Shown here piece by piece: positions 56,458-64,000 of a DNA stretch of 64,000 nucleotides. The number at the start of each line of letters is the position of its first letter. Position 1 is the stretch's first letter. Source of the stretch: a virus. The DNA lies in IMG/VR virus record IMGVR_UViG_3300012924_000001, positions 1 through 64,000 of that record; one strand, 5' to 3'. The translations under genes and the position numbers were made by a program. The notes under the pieces are model-generated. The model was not told where the DNA came from. It did not search any database and saw only the letters and a list, made by a program, of their open reading frames with translations.

Positions 56458-56901
56458 TTATAGTCCAAATACTAATCGTGCGGCGTCTCTTATTTCTGGA
56501 TTGGTACGAGACTGCACGCCTGTTATTTTTTTAAATACATCTGCGTCCCATTTTTTTTGTGTAGGCCTAATGACATGATGAGGTATCATTTCTAGTTCAC
56601 AATATTCCACTAGCAGTTTGCCTACAGCATGATTTTCGCCCACCCTTTTGGCAATAACCTCTCTCACGCTGGCTCCCTGTGCTTTATGGAAATTACTTTT
56701 TACGTTTAACCAGCCACCCTCAATGTATATTTTAACGTCAGGTTCATTACCCTCCATTAGCGCTTCCATTTTTTTAAACTCCAGATAGTCTATCAGCTCA
56801 AAAAAACGCATTATCCCAAGCTGAATGAATTCTTTCCCGTTCCAGGTAGCGACCCCTGATTTGATCAGGTCCGGATCTATCCCTATACATATCTTACCCA
56901 T
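56458..56901 (-). CDS. RuvC-like Holliday junction resolvase
   Basis: IGIDPD..SGVA, YIEG, RDAA motifs. Confidence 0.7.
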   Translation of the reverse strand: MGKICIGIDPDLIKSGVATWNGKEFIQLGIMRFFELIDYLEFKKMEALMEGNEPDVKIYIEGGWLNVKSNFHKAQGASVREVIAKRVGENHAVGKLLVEYCELEMIPHHVIRPTQKKWDADVFKKITGVQSRTNPEIRDAARLVFGL

Positions 56902-57776
56902 TATTCAAATATTCTTTTTTTACCTGCACCTTTCCATACCTTGAAGAGGTCGAGAAGAGCTATTCGCTTGGCGCAATTGATAACCCATTTTTTTTCTGAA
57001 ATAGGTATCTCATTTTTTGCATAATCTGCTAGCAATTGCTTTACCTCTTTATATTCTTGCACATGGGCTATGGACTGTTCATTGAGTATATGCAAACGAA
57101 GCCCCTGAGCCTCTTCCATAAACTTCTTTTTTTGATCTACAGAATAAGAGATTAGTTGAAACTTATCTAAGATATCATAGATCCAATGCGCGTATTCCGG
57201 GCTAACGAATGAAAATTCTTTATTAATATATTTTCTATAATACTCATTGGCTATGTTCTTGTCTTCCATTTCCTGTTCTTCTTTGGTTAATTGAGGTGCT
57301 TCTATCATAAGGTACTCTTCTTCGCGTATTTTCTTGGCCAGATTTGCCCTCTTTTGCATATAGCGAAACAAGATGCCGCCGACATGCTCAATAGTCAAGG
57401 ATGACCCATAGAAATCTATTTTATCCGTCTCCTTCCCGTTGGATGATCCCGGTAACTCCCCCGCAGCATTTAGCGTAAAAGCTAACACTATTTCGCTCGG
57501 AGTGATATTTGCATAGTGAGCATGGATGAACTTGTTGAAAAGCTTCGTGAACTCTTTGCTTACTCCTTCATCCACTTTTAACCCGGTTATCAAGCAAATC
57601 TCCTTGAGGATATCCCCCATTTTAGCCACAAAGGATTGAGCGGGATATTCCCTAATCTTCTGGCTGCTGGCGTGCTGCCTCATCAATATCTCGTATGAGG
57701 TCAGCCGTGGCCCTGTCGATTGCTTGGATGCTATCCGTAGTTGTCGATACTCTTCCGCGTCCATGGTTTTTTTCAT
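56901..57776 (-). CDS. replication-associated protein (possible helicase loader); start uncertain
   Basis: Immediately after initiator; TPSEIVLAF...GEL...FYG pattern. Confidence 0.5.
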   Translation of the reverse strand: MKKTMDAEEYRQLRIASKQSTGPRLTSYEILMRQHASSQKIREYPAQSFVAKMGDILKEICLITGLKVDEGVSKEFTKLFNKFIHAHYANITPSEIVLAFTLNAAGELPGSSNGKETDKIDFYGSSLTIEHVGGILFRYMQKRANLAKKIREEEYLMIEAPQLTKEEQEMEDKNIANEYYRKYINKEFSFVSPEYAHWIYDILDKFQLISYSVDQKKKFMEEAQGLRLHILNEQSIAHVQEYKEVKQLLADYAKNEIPISEKKWVINCAKRIALLDLFKVWKGAGKKRIFE

Positions 57777-58413
57777 TTTCGTGATAATTCACGATAAAGT
57801 TATTTGCATTAGAAGCCCAATTTCGAATAGGCGATCCACGTATTTCCCACTGAACACCCTCCCTGGCATTCCAATATTTTTTTGCCATCTCCTCCGTAGC
57901 CCCAGCACCACGAAAAAATCGGACGACTTCTTCAAGCGATGGAATGTTTGCTTTCGGGCGCGTAATATCTCCCTTCCCTTCCTTTCCCTTCCCTTCCCTT
58001 CCTGTCGTCCTGGGTATTTCCAAAGTGTTTCCAAAGTGATCCGAAGTGTTTCCTCCCGTTTGTTCACTCTTTTGAGCGGCTTTAGGCGGGGCCGGTAAGA
58101 CACTTTCGGATTGGGCCTCAGAACCTGTTATTCTTTGGTGGACTGTAAAATTCTTGATTTGTATCACTTTCAGTTCGCCAACTTCATATCTTTCAATAAA
58201 GCCTGCACTTTGAAGCCGTGATAATTCAACATCAAGATTTACATTGCTGTAAGGGAAAATTTCTGCTTTTAACCTTTTGGGCCGATCCAGCAACCTACCT
58301 TCCTTATCTGCTTGTGTCCAAAGACCTATGAAAAGTAATCTCACAATGGCAGAGAGATCGGCTAAATCTTCATTTAAAAAAAAACTCGGTTTTATAGATC
58401 TTATCCGTGCCAT
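57652..58413 (-). CDS. phage replication initiator (replisome organiser)
   Basis: MARIRSIKPSFF..RLLFIGLWTQADKEGR; GKGKEGKG linker; PSLEEV...NW C-terminus. Confidence 0.8.
   Translation of the reverse strand: MARIRSIKPSFFLNEDLADLSAIVRLLFIGLWTQADKEGRLLDRPKRLKAEIFPYSNVNLDVELSRLQSAGFIERYEVGELKVIQIKNFTVHQRITGSEAQSESVLPAPPKAAQKSEQTGGNTSDHFGNTLEIPRTTGREGKGKEGKGDITRPKANIPSLEEVVRFFRGAGATEEMAKKYWNAREGVQWEIRGSPIRNWASNANNFIVNYHENEKNHGRGRVSTTTDSIQAIDRATADLIRDIDEAARQQPED
57970..58053. repeat. iteron-like repeats within initiator (candidate origin)
   Basis: TTTCCAAAGTG x2 plus ATCCGAAGTG (58017-58048), next to (CCCTT)n run. Confidence 0.5.
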
Positions 58414-58422
58414 TGATCGTTT

Positions 58423-58704
58423 TTAATATAAACACGCTTTCGCCCATCCATTTGCATCGAAGTACCCGTTCTTCTCCCACGGTGCTTTCTTTTCAAAGTC
58501 AAATGGTTCTTCCAGAAGTGGAGGGATACCATCTCCATTGTAAGAGTATATATATCCTCCCCAGAAATTTTCATCCTGAACAAGATGCCTAAACTTAGAA
58601 ACATCCATTCTGATAGAGGCAGCCCCTTCTTTAATAGAAGCGAAGCTATCTATCAACTCTCCTTTTACGTTATACTTAAAAACGGGGATGCCTATTTTTG
58701 ACAT
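58423..58704 (-). CDS. NUMOD1-domain DNA-binding protein
   Basis: PVFKYNVKGELIDSFASIKEGA..GYIYSY. Confidence 0.7.
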   Translation of the reverse strand: MSKIGIPVFKYNVKGELIDSFASIKEGAASIRMDVSKFRHLVQDENFWGGYIYSYNGDGIPPLLEEPFDFEKKAPWEKNGYFDANGWAKACLY

Positions 58705-58970
58705 TATTCCTGTACTAATTTGTATTTTTTACACCTAATCTTATTACCCTGCGAATCCATTACAGTTATCATCTTACCCTCTATATTAATTTTACTTCGA
58801 TGTCGGAGGTCGGCAATTCTACTGTTTAAATAATGTATACGATACAATCGTAAGGCTGAAAGGAAAGTAATTGTTTTCCCACTCGCTAAATGCTGATAAA
58901 TTAATCTGTTCTGTCTTTCTAATTTATCAACATTAATAGGACTTGCAGTTGTCATTTTGAGGGTTGCCAT
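58704..58970 (-). CDS. winged HTH protein
   Basis: IYQHL.SGKTIT.LSA..LNSRIADLR..YKL. Confidence 0.75.
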   Translation of the reverse strand: MATLKMTTASPINVDKLERQNRLIYQHLASGKTITFLSALRLYRIHYLNSRIADLRHRSKINIEGKMITVMDSQGNKIRCKKYKLVQE

Positions 58971-58982
58971 GGTACAAGCTGT

Positions 58983-59393
58983 TTAATATGGAATAGGTTC
59001 TTCTTTATACATTATATCGTGCCAATTTTGAGGAACACCGTTGTGTAATAACCAAAGTATCCTCTTAGCAGCTCCTACAGGAGTATTGTCAGTTCGTTCC
59101 CAATCGGCATCAAAGCACCATCTCCACGCAATAGTAGAGGCTACTATGTTAAGACCAAAGACCCGCGTAATGTATTGACTCCATGTTTCACTGTCATACT
59201 TAGGGATACCGGCATGGGGACCATGTCCCGCAGCGCATCCGATAGTACCACATTCTACGGAATAATCATCATGATCCCAATCAGAATATGCTACCATATC
59301 GAACTTGGCCTTTAATTCTGGCCGCAGGAGATATTCAGCAAGCTTTCTTAGATTATGTTCATGTTGCTGTGAAAGCTTAATTACATTTCCCAT
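58983..59393 (-). CDS. hypothetical phage protein (FDM..CGT.GCA.G motif)
   Basis: ORF track; motif. Confidence 0.7.
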   Translation of the reverse strand: MGNVIKLSQQHEHNLRKLAEYLLRPELKAKFDMVAYSDWDHDDYSVECGTIGCAAGHGPHAGIPKYDSETWSQYITRVFGLNIVASTIAWRWCFDADWERTDNTPVGAAKRILWLLHNGVPQNWHDIMYKEEPIPY

Positions 59394-59395
59394 GC

Positions 59396-59647
59396 TTATA
59401 TATTTTGAAGTTGTTTAGCACCTCCTATCTTATCTCCTTTATAATGTTGTCCTTTTATTACTCCTCCTGTGGCGTTAAACATCTGGTTAAACATACTAAT
59501 GTTGGCCCAATGCTTTCTTTGGTTAATAGGGTCATATAACAGATACATATCCTCTCCATTGTTAGAGAGCATGTCTATTACTTTACGGAAGATTTGCTTT
59601 CCGTTATGTTTGTAGCTAAAGGTGCGATCTTTAAGAGAAATGTCCAT
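59396..59647 (-). CDS. hypothetical protein
   Basis: ORF track. Confidence 0.6.
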   Translation of the reverse strand: MDISLKDRTFSYKHNGKQIFRKVIDMLSNNGEDMYLLYDPINQRKHWANISMFNQMFNATGGVIKGQHYKGDKIGGAKQLQNI

Positions 59648-59649
59648 GA

Positions 59650-60063
59650 TTATAGGGTATTGTTGTTTTGTGAATAAGCTTTGTTCTCTTCTTTTAATGC
59701 AGAAATAGCGGTACGGAGGAAATCAAGTATATGCACACAGGTTCGGTTTGTTCTTTCAATAGACTCCCAAATTGCCTCATAATTACCTGCTTTGGCTGTG
59801 GCGTACCTATTTGCAAGAGTAGCCTGTATCTGCATCCCCTGTGCCATCTTACTGAATATATGGTTATCATATGCTTTTGCGGTTTCATTTCTCCATATCC
59901 TTTTTGCTACCGACATCTGTTCCCCTGTATAAGCAATCCAGGAAGAAAGGACTCCACCCAGATCAATCAATTGGCCTATCGATTGAGTAGAAGTGATGAC
60001 AGTGTTTATGTTTTCCAGTTCTGTCTGGATATCCCTTAATCTGTATAAATGTTCTTGGGTCAT
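59650..60063 (-). CDS. helical protein, possibly UvsY-like recombination mediator
   Basis: Coiled pattern ending LDFLRTAISALKEE; recombination context. Confidence 0.45.
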   Translation of the reverse strand: MTQEHLYRLRDIQTELENINTVITSTQSIGQLIDLGGVLSSWIAYTGEQMSVAKRIWRNETAKAYDNHIFSKMAQGMQIQATLANRYATAKAGNYEAIWESIERTNRTCVHILDFLRTAISALKEENKAYSQNNNTL

Positions 60064-60452
60064 TTCTTATTATTTAATGCATTTTCACAAAGCCTTACAA
60101 CCGTTTTACATTGCTGTTCGTCAAACATGCCCATATGTGTCATCTCTCGCGGTATTCCCATCTGTATAGATAGCCAGTAATATGCATTCTCTCTTGTAAG
60201 CCGTTTGGTTGTCCATATTTTATCAAATGATTCATGCGCTTTAATCTTCCATTGTCGTAAGCTCTTTTTTGCCACCCTCCCAAGCGCTTGATTTGTTCCT
60301 TTGTGTACACCAACCCAGGCCTTACACTTCCTACATATATACATCATCCCATAAGACTTACAATACACCTCTACACTATCGATATACTCTGTTGGTTTAT
60401 TACAATACGGACACTGGTGACCAAGCATTATAGGATCATCAGGTAGTATCAT
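60060..60452 (-). CDS. DUF3268-like zinc-finger protein
   Basis: CPYC..C..C.AWVGVH.GT..LGR.A..AH..FD..W..AY.WL..HMGMF. Confidence 0.8.
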   Translation of the reverse strand: MILPDDPIMLGHQCPYCNKPTEYIDSVEVYCKSYGMMYICRKCKAWVGVHKGTNQALGRVAKKSLRQWKIKAHESFDKIWTTKRLTRENAYYWLSIQMGIPREMTHMGMFDEQQCKTVVRLCENALNNKK

Positions 60453-60988
60453 TTGGGCAACGTGATTTTGTAAGAGCTTTTTGATGATTTACTCGGACCT
60501 ATATAAGTTTCTCCTGTCTGTTCATCAACCAGGAGTTTCCCGGCAGGAATGGTTTTTAATTTGTCCTCTAATGCTCTCATCTGTGCCTTGATCTCGCCTT
60601 CTTTTTCAGAAAGCTCTCTCCATTCTGAGTTAAGCGAATAATCATATCTGGTGCCGAATTCTGCCAGTTCAAACTTTACGCCACGCTCTGAGATATAATC
60701 CCTGCCGTGCTTAGATATCTCAGAAGTTATAAAATCCAACAGTTCTTTATCATCACTAATAAACTCTTTTAGCTTAAACATTAACTGTAGGGTTTCCAGA
60801 TACCTGAACATAGTGTCTCCCCCTTCTAAAATGGCCGCTTTTACCATTCCGTAAAACATCCCTACCATTTCTTTATTGAAGCCGGACAACATAGAATAGG
60901 AGAATCTGTTCGTATCCAAAAGACGTTGATCCTGATCAGGATTTTTACTGAACCTAGCTTGTTCATCAAAAAAAAGATCTTTACTCAT
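60449..60988 (-). CDS. hypothetical protein of the recombination module
   Basis: GTRYDYS..VDEQTGE motif; next to ERF. Confidence 0.65.
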   Translation of the reverse strand: MSKDLFFDEQARFSKNPDQDQRLLDTNRFSYSMLSGFNKEMVGMFYGMVKAAILEGGDTMFRYLETLQLMFKLKEFISDDKELLDFITSEISKHGRDYISERGVKFELAEFGTRYDYSLNSEWRELSEKEGEIKAQMRALEDKLKTIPAGKLLVDEQTGETYIGPSKSSKSSYKITLPK

Positions 60989-60990
60989 GG

Positions 60991-61584
60991 TTATTGAGGT
61001 TTAGTATTTATCATAATTTCAGAATGGCGTTTTATCCCAGCGGCTTTCACCTCTTGATCTTTTGCAAATAGATCTGGATACATTTCCTTTAAAATCGTGA
61101 GGTCTTTTGCCTCCTGGCTCTTTTCGATAAGAAATAAGACCTCTCCTTTCCTGGAGATAATTTCATGTGTTTCCTCTTCGGTATCCTTCTTGTCCTCTGT
61201 GGGAATAAGAAACATCTGCAATAGCACATATTTTAGAGCAGCGCTCATAGCCTTGTTACATCCTTTGTCTCCACTGTCCATTGCCTCCCCGATCATCGTA
61301 GCTTGGATATTGCTACCATCTTGTGTATAGAATGTAAATTCCACATGCACAAGGGTCCATATAAGTGCTTTATCTTTAGAACTTTGACGTTCTTCGCGGT
61401 CAAGCTTTATAACCTTTGGAGATATGAATACATCATTTTTTGCAAAGATGGGATGCAGCTCGTTATAGACATCATCAATGCCCCTGAAGTTATAGTTCTG
61501 TGTTTGATTCCTTTTATCCTTCCCGATAAAATCAATAGCATTGAGGATATTAATGATGCGTTGATATATAAAAGACGGTTCCAT
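60991..61584 (-). CDS. ERF-family ssDNA-annealing protein
   Basis: YNFRGIDDV..GEAMDSGDKGCNKAMSAALKY; start moved to 61584 because the upstream part is tRNA-like. Confidence 0.85.
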   Translation of the reverse strand: MEPSFIYQRIINILNAIDFIGKDKRNQTQNYNFRGIDDVYNELHPIFAKNDVFISPKVIKLDREERQSSKDKALIWTLVHVEFTFYTQDGSNIQATMIGEAMDSGDKGCNKAMSAALKYVLLQMFLIPTEDKKDTEEETHEIISRKGEVLFLIEKSQEAKDLTILKEMYPDLFAKDQEVKAAGIKRHSEIMINTKPQ

Positions 61585-61599
61585 AATAAGATAAGTATG

Positions 61600-61667
61600 A
61601 GCTATGTCCAGGGGTCGAACCCGGATCTCCTCCTTCAGGAAGAATCTTGCCATTAGACCAACACAGC
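61600..61667 (-). tRNA. tRNA-like element with 4-nt anticodon loop (no assignable anticodon, no CCA)
   Basis: GCTGTGT-TG-GTCT AATGGCA AGAT-T-CTTCC TGAA GGAGG-AGAT-CCGGG TTCGACC CCTGG-ACATAGC-T. Confidence 0.75.
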
Positions 61668-61678
61668 TACCATGAGAG

Positions 61679-62038
61679 CTAAAGAGAAGTTGAAGGAGGA
61701 TTAGTCGTAGCAGCTTTTACTGCCCACATTGCCCCTTCTTCATAAGCGGTTTGCGCCAAGCTGGCCAATCTCCCGTCAAGAGACTTTAGTCTTTCACAGA
61801 GATCAATTAAATCAGCTGACTTTTGTTTGATGTCATCTACGAGTGAGTTACTTGAGGGATTGAAAGAGACCCGAACACGCCGCTGCCCGATAGAGATAGG
61901 AGCGGTGTTTGTTTCCGGTGTTACTGTTAATGGTTCTGAGGAGGTGATCATTGCTGTTTTTTTTATGGATTTATCGATTACATATGTTAAAGCGAATAGC
62001 GCAAAAAGAGACGCTGCGAACTGTATAATTATATCCAT
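61679..62038 (-). CDS. Acb2/Tad1-like helical-hairpin protein (candidate signal sponge), possibly with N-terminal TM
   Basis: IKQKSADLID..GRLASLAQTAYEEGAMWAVKAAT. Confidence 0.6.
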   Translation of the reverse strand: MDIIIQFAASLFALFALTYVIDKSIKKTAMITSSEPLTVTPETNTAPISIGQRRVRVSFNPSSNSLVDDIKQKSADLIDLCERLKSLDGRLASLAQTAYEEGAMWAVKAATTNPPSTSL

Positions 62039-62116
62039 TTTGTTTTTTTAAAAACCAGAGCTGAGAACAGCCCCGGCATTTACAATTAATCATGTGTGAA
62101 AATATACCCTTATACA

Positions 62117-62428
62117 CTACTGAGGATAAAAAAGAGGATGATCATTGTTAATGATATCGCTAACACCGTGCCGGTCCAAAAAAGTATCCTGTCCTGTCTC
62201 CGGCTGTTCATCCGGAGTGATGTATATCGCGGATATCTTCTCATACTTGTTTATTGCTTCTTCTATAATATAATACCTGTAAACTTTTGAACGGTAGGCT
62301 TTATTCACCACTTCCTTTCCGTCTACCTCTATCCTTATCCGACCAGATATGCGGCTCTCTGAGGTAGATGTATCTGGCGGGATAAGAAAAAGCCGCTGCA
62401 TGTATGTGATGAGTTTTTGGAAGATCAT
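62117..62428 (-). CDS. hypothetical protein
   Basis: ORF track. Confidence 0.55.
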   Translation of the reverse strand: MIFQKLITYMQRLFLIPPDTSTSESRISGRIRIEVDGKEVVNKAYRSKVYRYYIIEEAINKYEKISAIYITPDEQPETGQDTFLDRHGVSDIINNDHPLFYPQ

Positions 62429-62510
62429 AACAATAGTTTTAAGGTTTAAAATAATACCGGCTGATAGGAATAAAAGCCGGATTACAATACCGTGTAAATA
62501 ACCCTACTGT

Positions 62511-62663
62511 TTATCTGCGGTAATCAGAGTACGCTATACCTCCTATAGTAGCTGAAATGATCAGCCCAATAAGAGTGGGATATAATGAAGTCACATATAT
62601 ACCTAATAACAAGGAGATGGAGAAAAACACTCCTGCAAGGAGAATGATGATTCTACGTTTCAT
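62511..62663 (-). CDS. small two-TM protein (50 aa)
   Basis: Hand-translated MKRRIIILLAGVFFSISLLLG...DYRR. Confidence 0.6.
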   Translation of the reverse strand: MKRRIIILLAGVFFSISLLLGIYVTSLYPTLIGLIISATIGGIAYSDYRR

Positions 62664-62821
62664 TCTTCGTCTGAGGTGTCCAATGGTGCAGGCGCTTGTA
62701 CAGAAAGTTCTACCCAGCCTCCTTTATCGTGTATGGATTCTATTTCGTCCTGGTTCTCATCCGTTACATCTGCCTCCGGATTAACCTGTTTAAGTAAATC
62801 AATAAGTTCTTTTGCTTTCAT
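62660..62821 (-). CDS. small acidic protein (53 aa, MKAKELIDLLKQVNPEADV...)
   Basis: Hand-translated; ATGA-coupled to next ORF. Confidence 0.7.
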   Translation of the reverse strand: MKAKELIDLLKQVNPEADVTDENQDEIESIHDKGGWVELSVQAPAPLDTSDEE

Positions 62822-62855
62822 GATGTATATTTTGAGAGAAAAATGTCTGATATGA

Positions 62856-63107
62856 TTACAGGGCCAGAACAGCCTTTATCTTAGCCTTATATGCCGTTCG
62901 GAATTCGTTAATCCTTTTTACTACATCCAGGTCAAACGTTTTTTGATGAGAAAGCGTGAGGTAGTTGGTAACCACCTGTCTCTTAACACCTATCTCACGG
63001 GCTATCTGGCTATAGGGAACAGCTTCCAGGTCTTTAGCAGCTGCCGCGCTCCAACCTATTAACGATTCTTTAACAACTTTTATTTGACATTTGCAATCCA
63101 TTTGCAC
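62856..63107 (-). CDS. Cro-like HTH protein
   Basis: YSQIAREIGVKRQVVTNYL; divergent from repressor. Confidence 0.65.
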   Translation of the reverse strand: MQMDCKCQIKVVKESLIGWSAAAAKDLEAVPYSQIAREIGVKRQVVTNYLTLSHQKTFDLDVVKRINEFRTAYKAKIKAVLAL

Positions 63108-63258
63108 TATATTAGCGTTGTGTTTGCAACAGGTGATGATGATTATTCTGCGCGATTGTGATGATTTAGCTACACGATGATGACAAATATGCGCTGTAGA
63201 ATTGATAATAACAAATTTATTTTCTGTTTTTTTACATATTTTTAACTGTAATATATTT
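63108..63258. promoter_or_regulatory. divergent switch region
   Basis: Minus-strand TTTG..CATATTTG promoter; GATGAT-containing repeats near 63134, 63159, 63176. Confidence 0.5.
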
Positions 63259-63705
63259 ATGACAAAAGGACAAAGAATTTCAGCAGCAAGGCGCGCTAAA
63301 AGCCTTACTCAGCAACAGTTAGCAGATGCGTGTGGAGTTACTAAGAATACGGTTTCCCGGTGGGAGATTGGTAAGAATAATCCAGATCAGGAGCGGATAG
63401 TTCAAATTGCCACTGCTGTGGGCTTTGATGTTGCTTATTTTGATTTTGAAGATGATATCTCAGTTGGCCATACACCGTTATTAGATATAACTGTTACACC
63501 CGAACGAGCCGTTATGATAATGATAGTCTCTTCGATCTTGGATTTAGGTGAAGCAGTGCAAGATTTATCAATGCAAATAATCGATATGAGGGAAGTGCTT
63601 CTATTTACCGAGCAGGGGGAGACTGGTCAGAAGAAAAAGCAGCAGATGGAGAAGATGGAGCTAAAGATGGAAATGATAAGAAAAGCCATGCAAGCGCTTC
63701 AATAG
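63259..63705 (+). CDS. CI-like XRE repressor without S24 peptidase domain
   Basis: ARRAKSLTQQQLADACGVTKNTVSRWEIGKNNP; coiled C-terminus. Confidence 0.8.
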   Translation: MTKGQRISAARRAKSLTQQQLADACGVTKNTVSRWEIGKNNPDQERIVQIATAVGFDVAYFDFEDDISVGHTPLLDITVTPERAVMIMIVSSILDLGEAVQDLSMQIIDMREVLLFTEQGETGQKKKQQMEKMELKMEMIRKAMQALQ

Positions 63706-64000
63706 CCGATTTACGGCTACTTTCACAGGGGGCAGGGAATTGCTCATCCTTAGATGATTTCATCTTTTTTGAGGGCCTCTTGTTCGTCATAACTTAAATG
63801 TTTACTGGTGTGTAAGCTTGTTACATATCGGTTGTAGGGACAGCCGTTAAGGAAATAAGATTAGAATAGTTAGAAAACAGGATTGTATCAATAAGATCAG
63901 GACAACTAATGTAAGAAAAAGGATTTGATATAACAAGGAAAAAAAATAAAACCTTTAAAAAAATAAAATTGGACTAATGGATGATCTCTTTATGAAGCTA

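Noticed and set aside
61585-61653. N-terminal extension of ERF
   Set aside because: It is the translation of the tRNA-like element; ATG 61584 fits better
1-64000. Stop-codon reassignment
   Set aside because: Long genes are intact in the standard code, and TAA, TAG and TGA all end genes with tight packing

Overview
The window is most or all of the genome of a temperate, short-tailed (podovirus-type) phage of a Bacteroidota host, probably circularly permuted. The host call rests on many TTTG-N16-20-TAnnTT(T/G/A)G/C promoters, A-rich translation starts without Shine-Dalgarno motifs, and signal peptides followed by Gln. Layout: 1-875 small leftward genes; 900-1800 non-coding control or terminus region; 1.85-14.7 kb accessory/host-takeover genes interleaved with many promoter-short RNA-hairpin cassettes; 14.7-46.3 kb virion module (terminase, portal, scaffold, MCP, GroES-like protein, ring/stabilisation proteins, ejection proteins, tailspike); 46-53.5 kb accessory genes plus a ~590-nt structured non-coding region; attP-like region and tyrosine integrase at 53.5-55.2 kb; leftward early/replication operon at 55-63 kb; cro/cI-like switch at 63 kb. 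Top leads: (1) about 15 separately promoted small-RNA cassettes; (2) a large multi-domain ncRNA; (3) a second, inverted copy of the integrase arm plus core-like site 52 kb from attP; (4) a tRNA mimic with a 4-nt anticodon loop; (5) a tailspike and an esterase that both carry Sec signal peptides; (6) an identical hairpin in front of two packaging-region start codons; (7) a gene nested inside the 1949-aa ejection protein; (8) an Acb2/Tad1-like sponge and several orphan antitoxin-like genes. All protein calls come from motif recognition by eye; no database searches were run.
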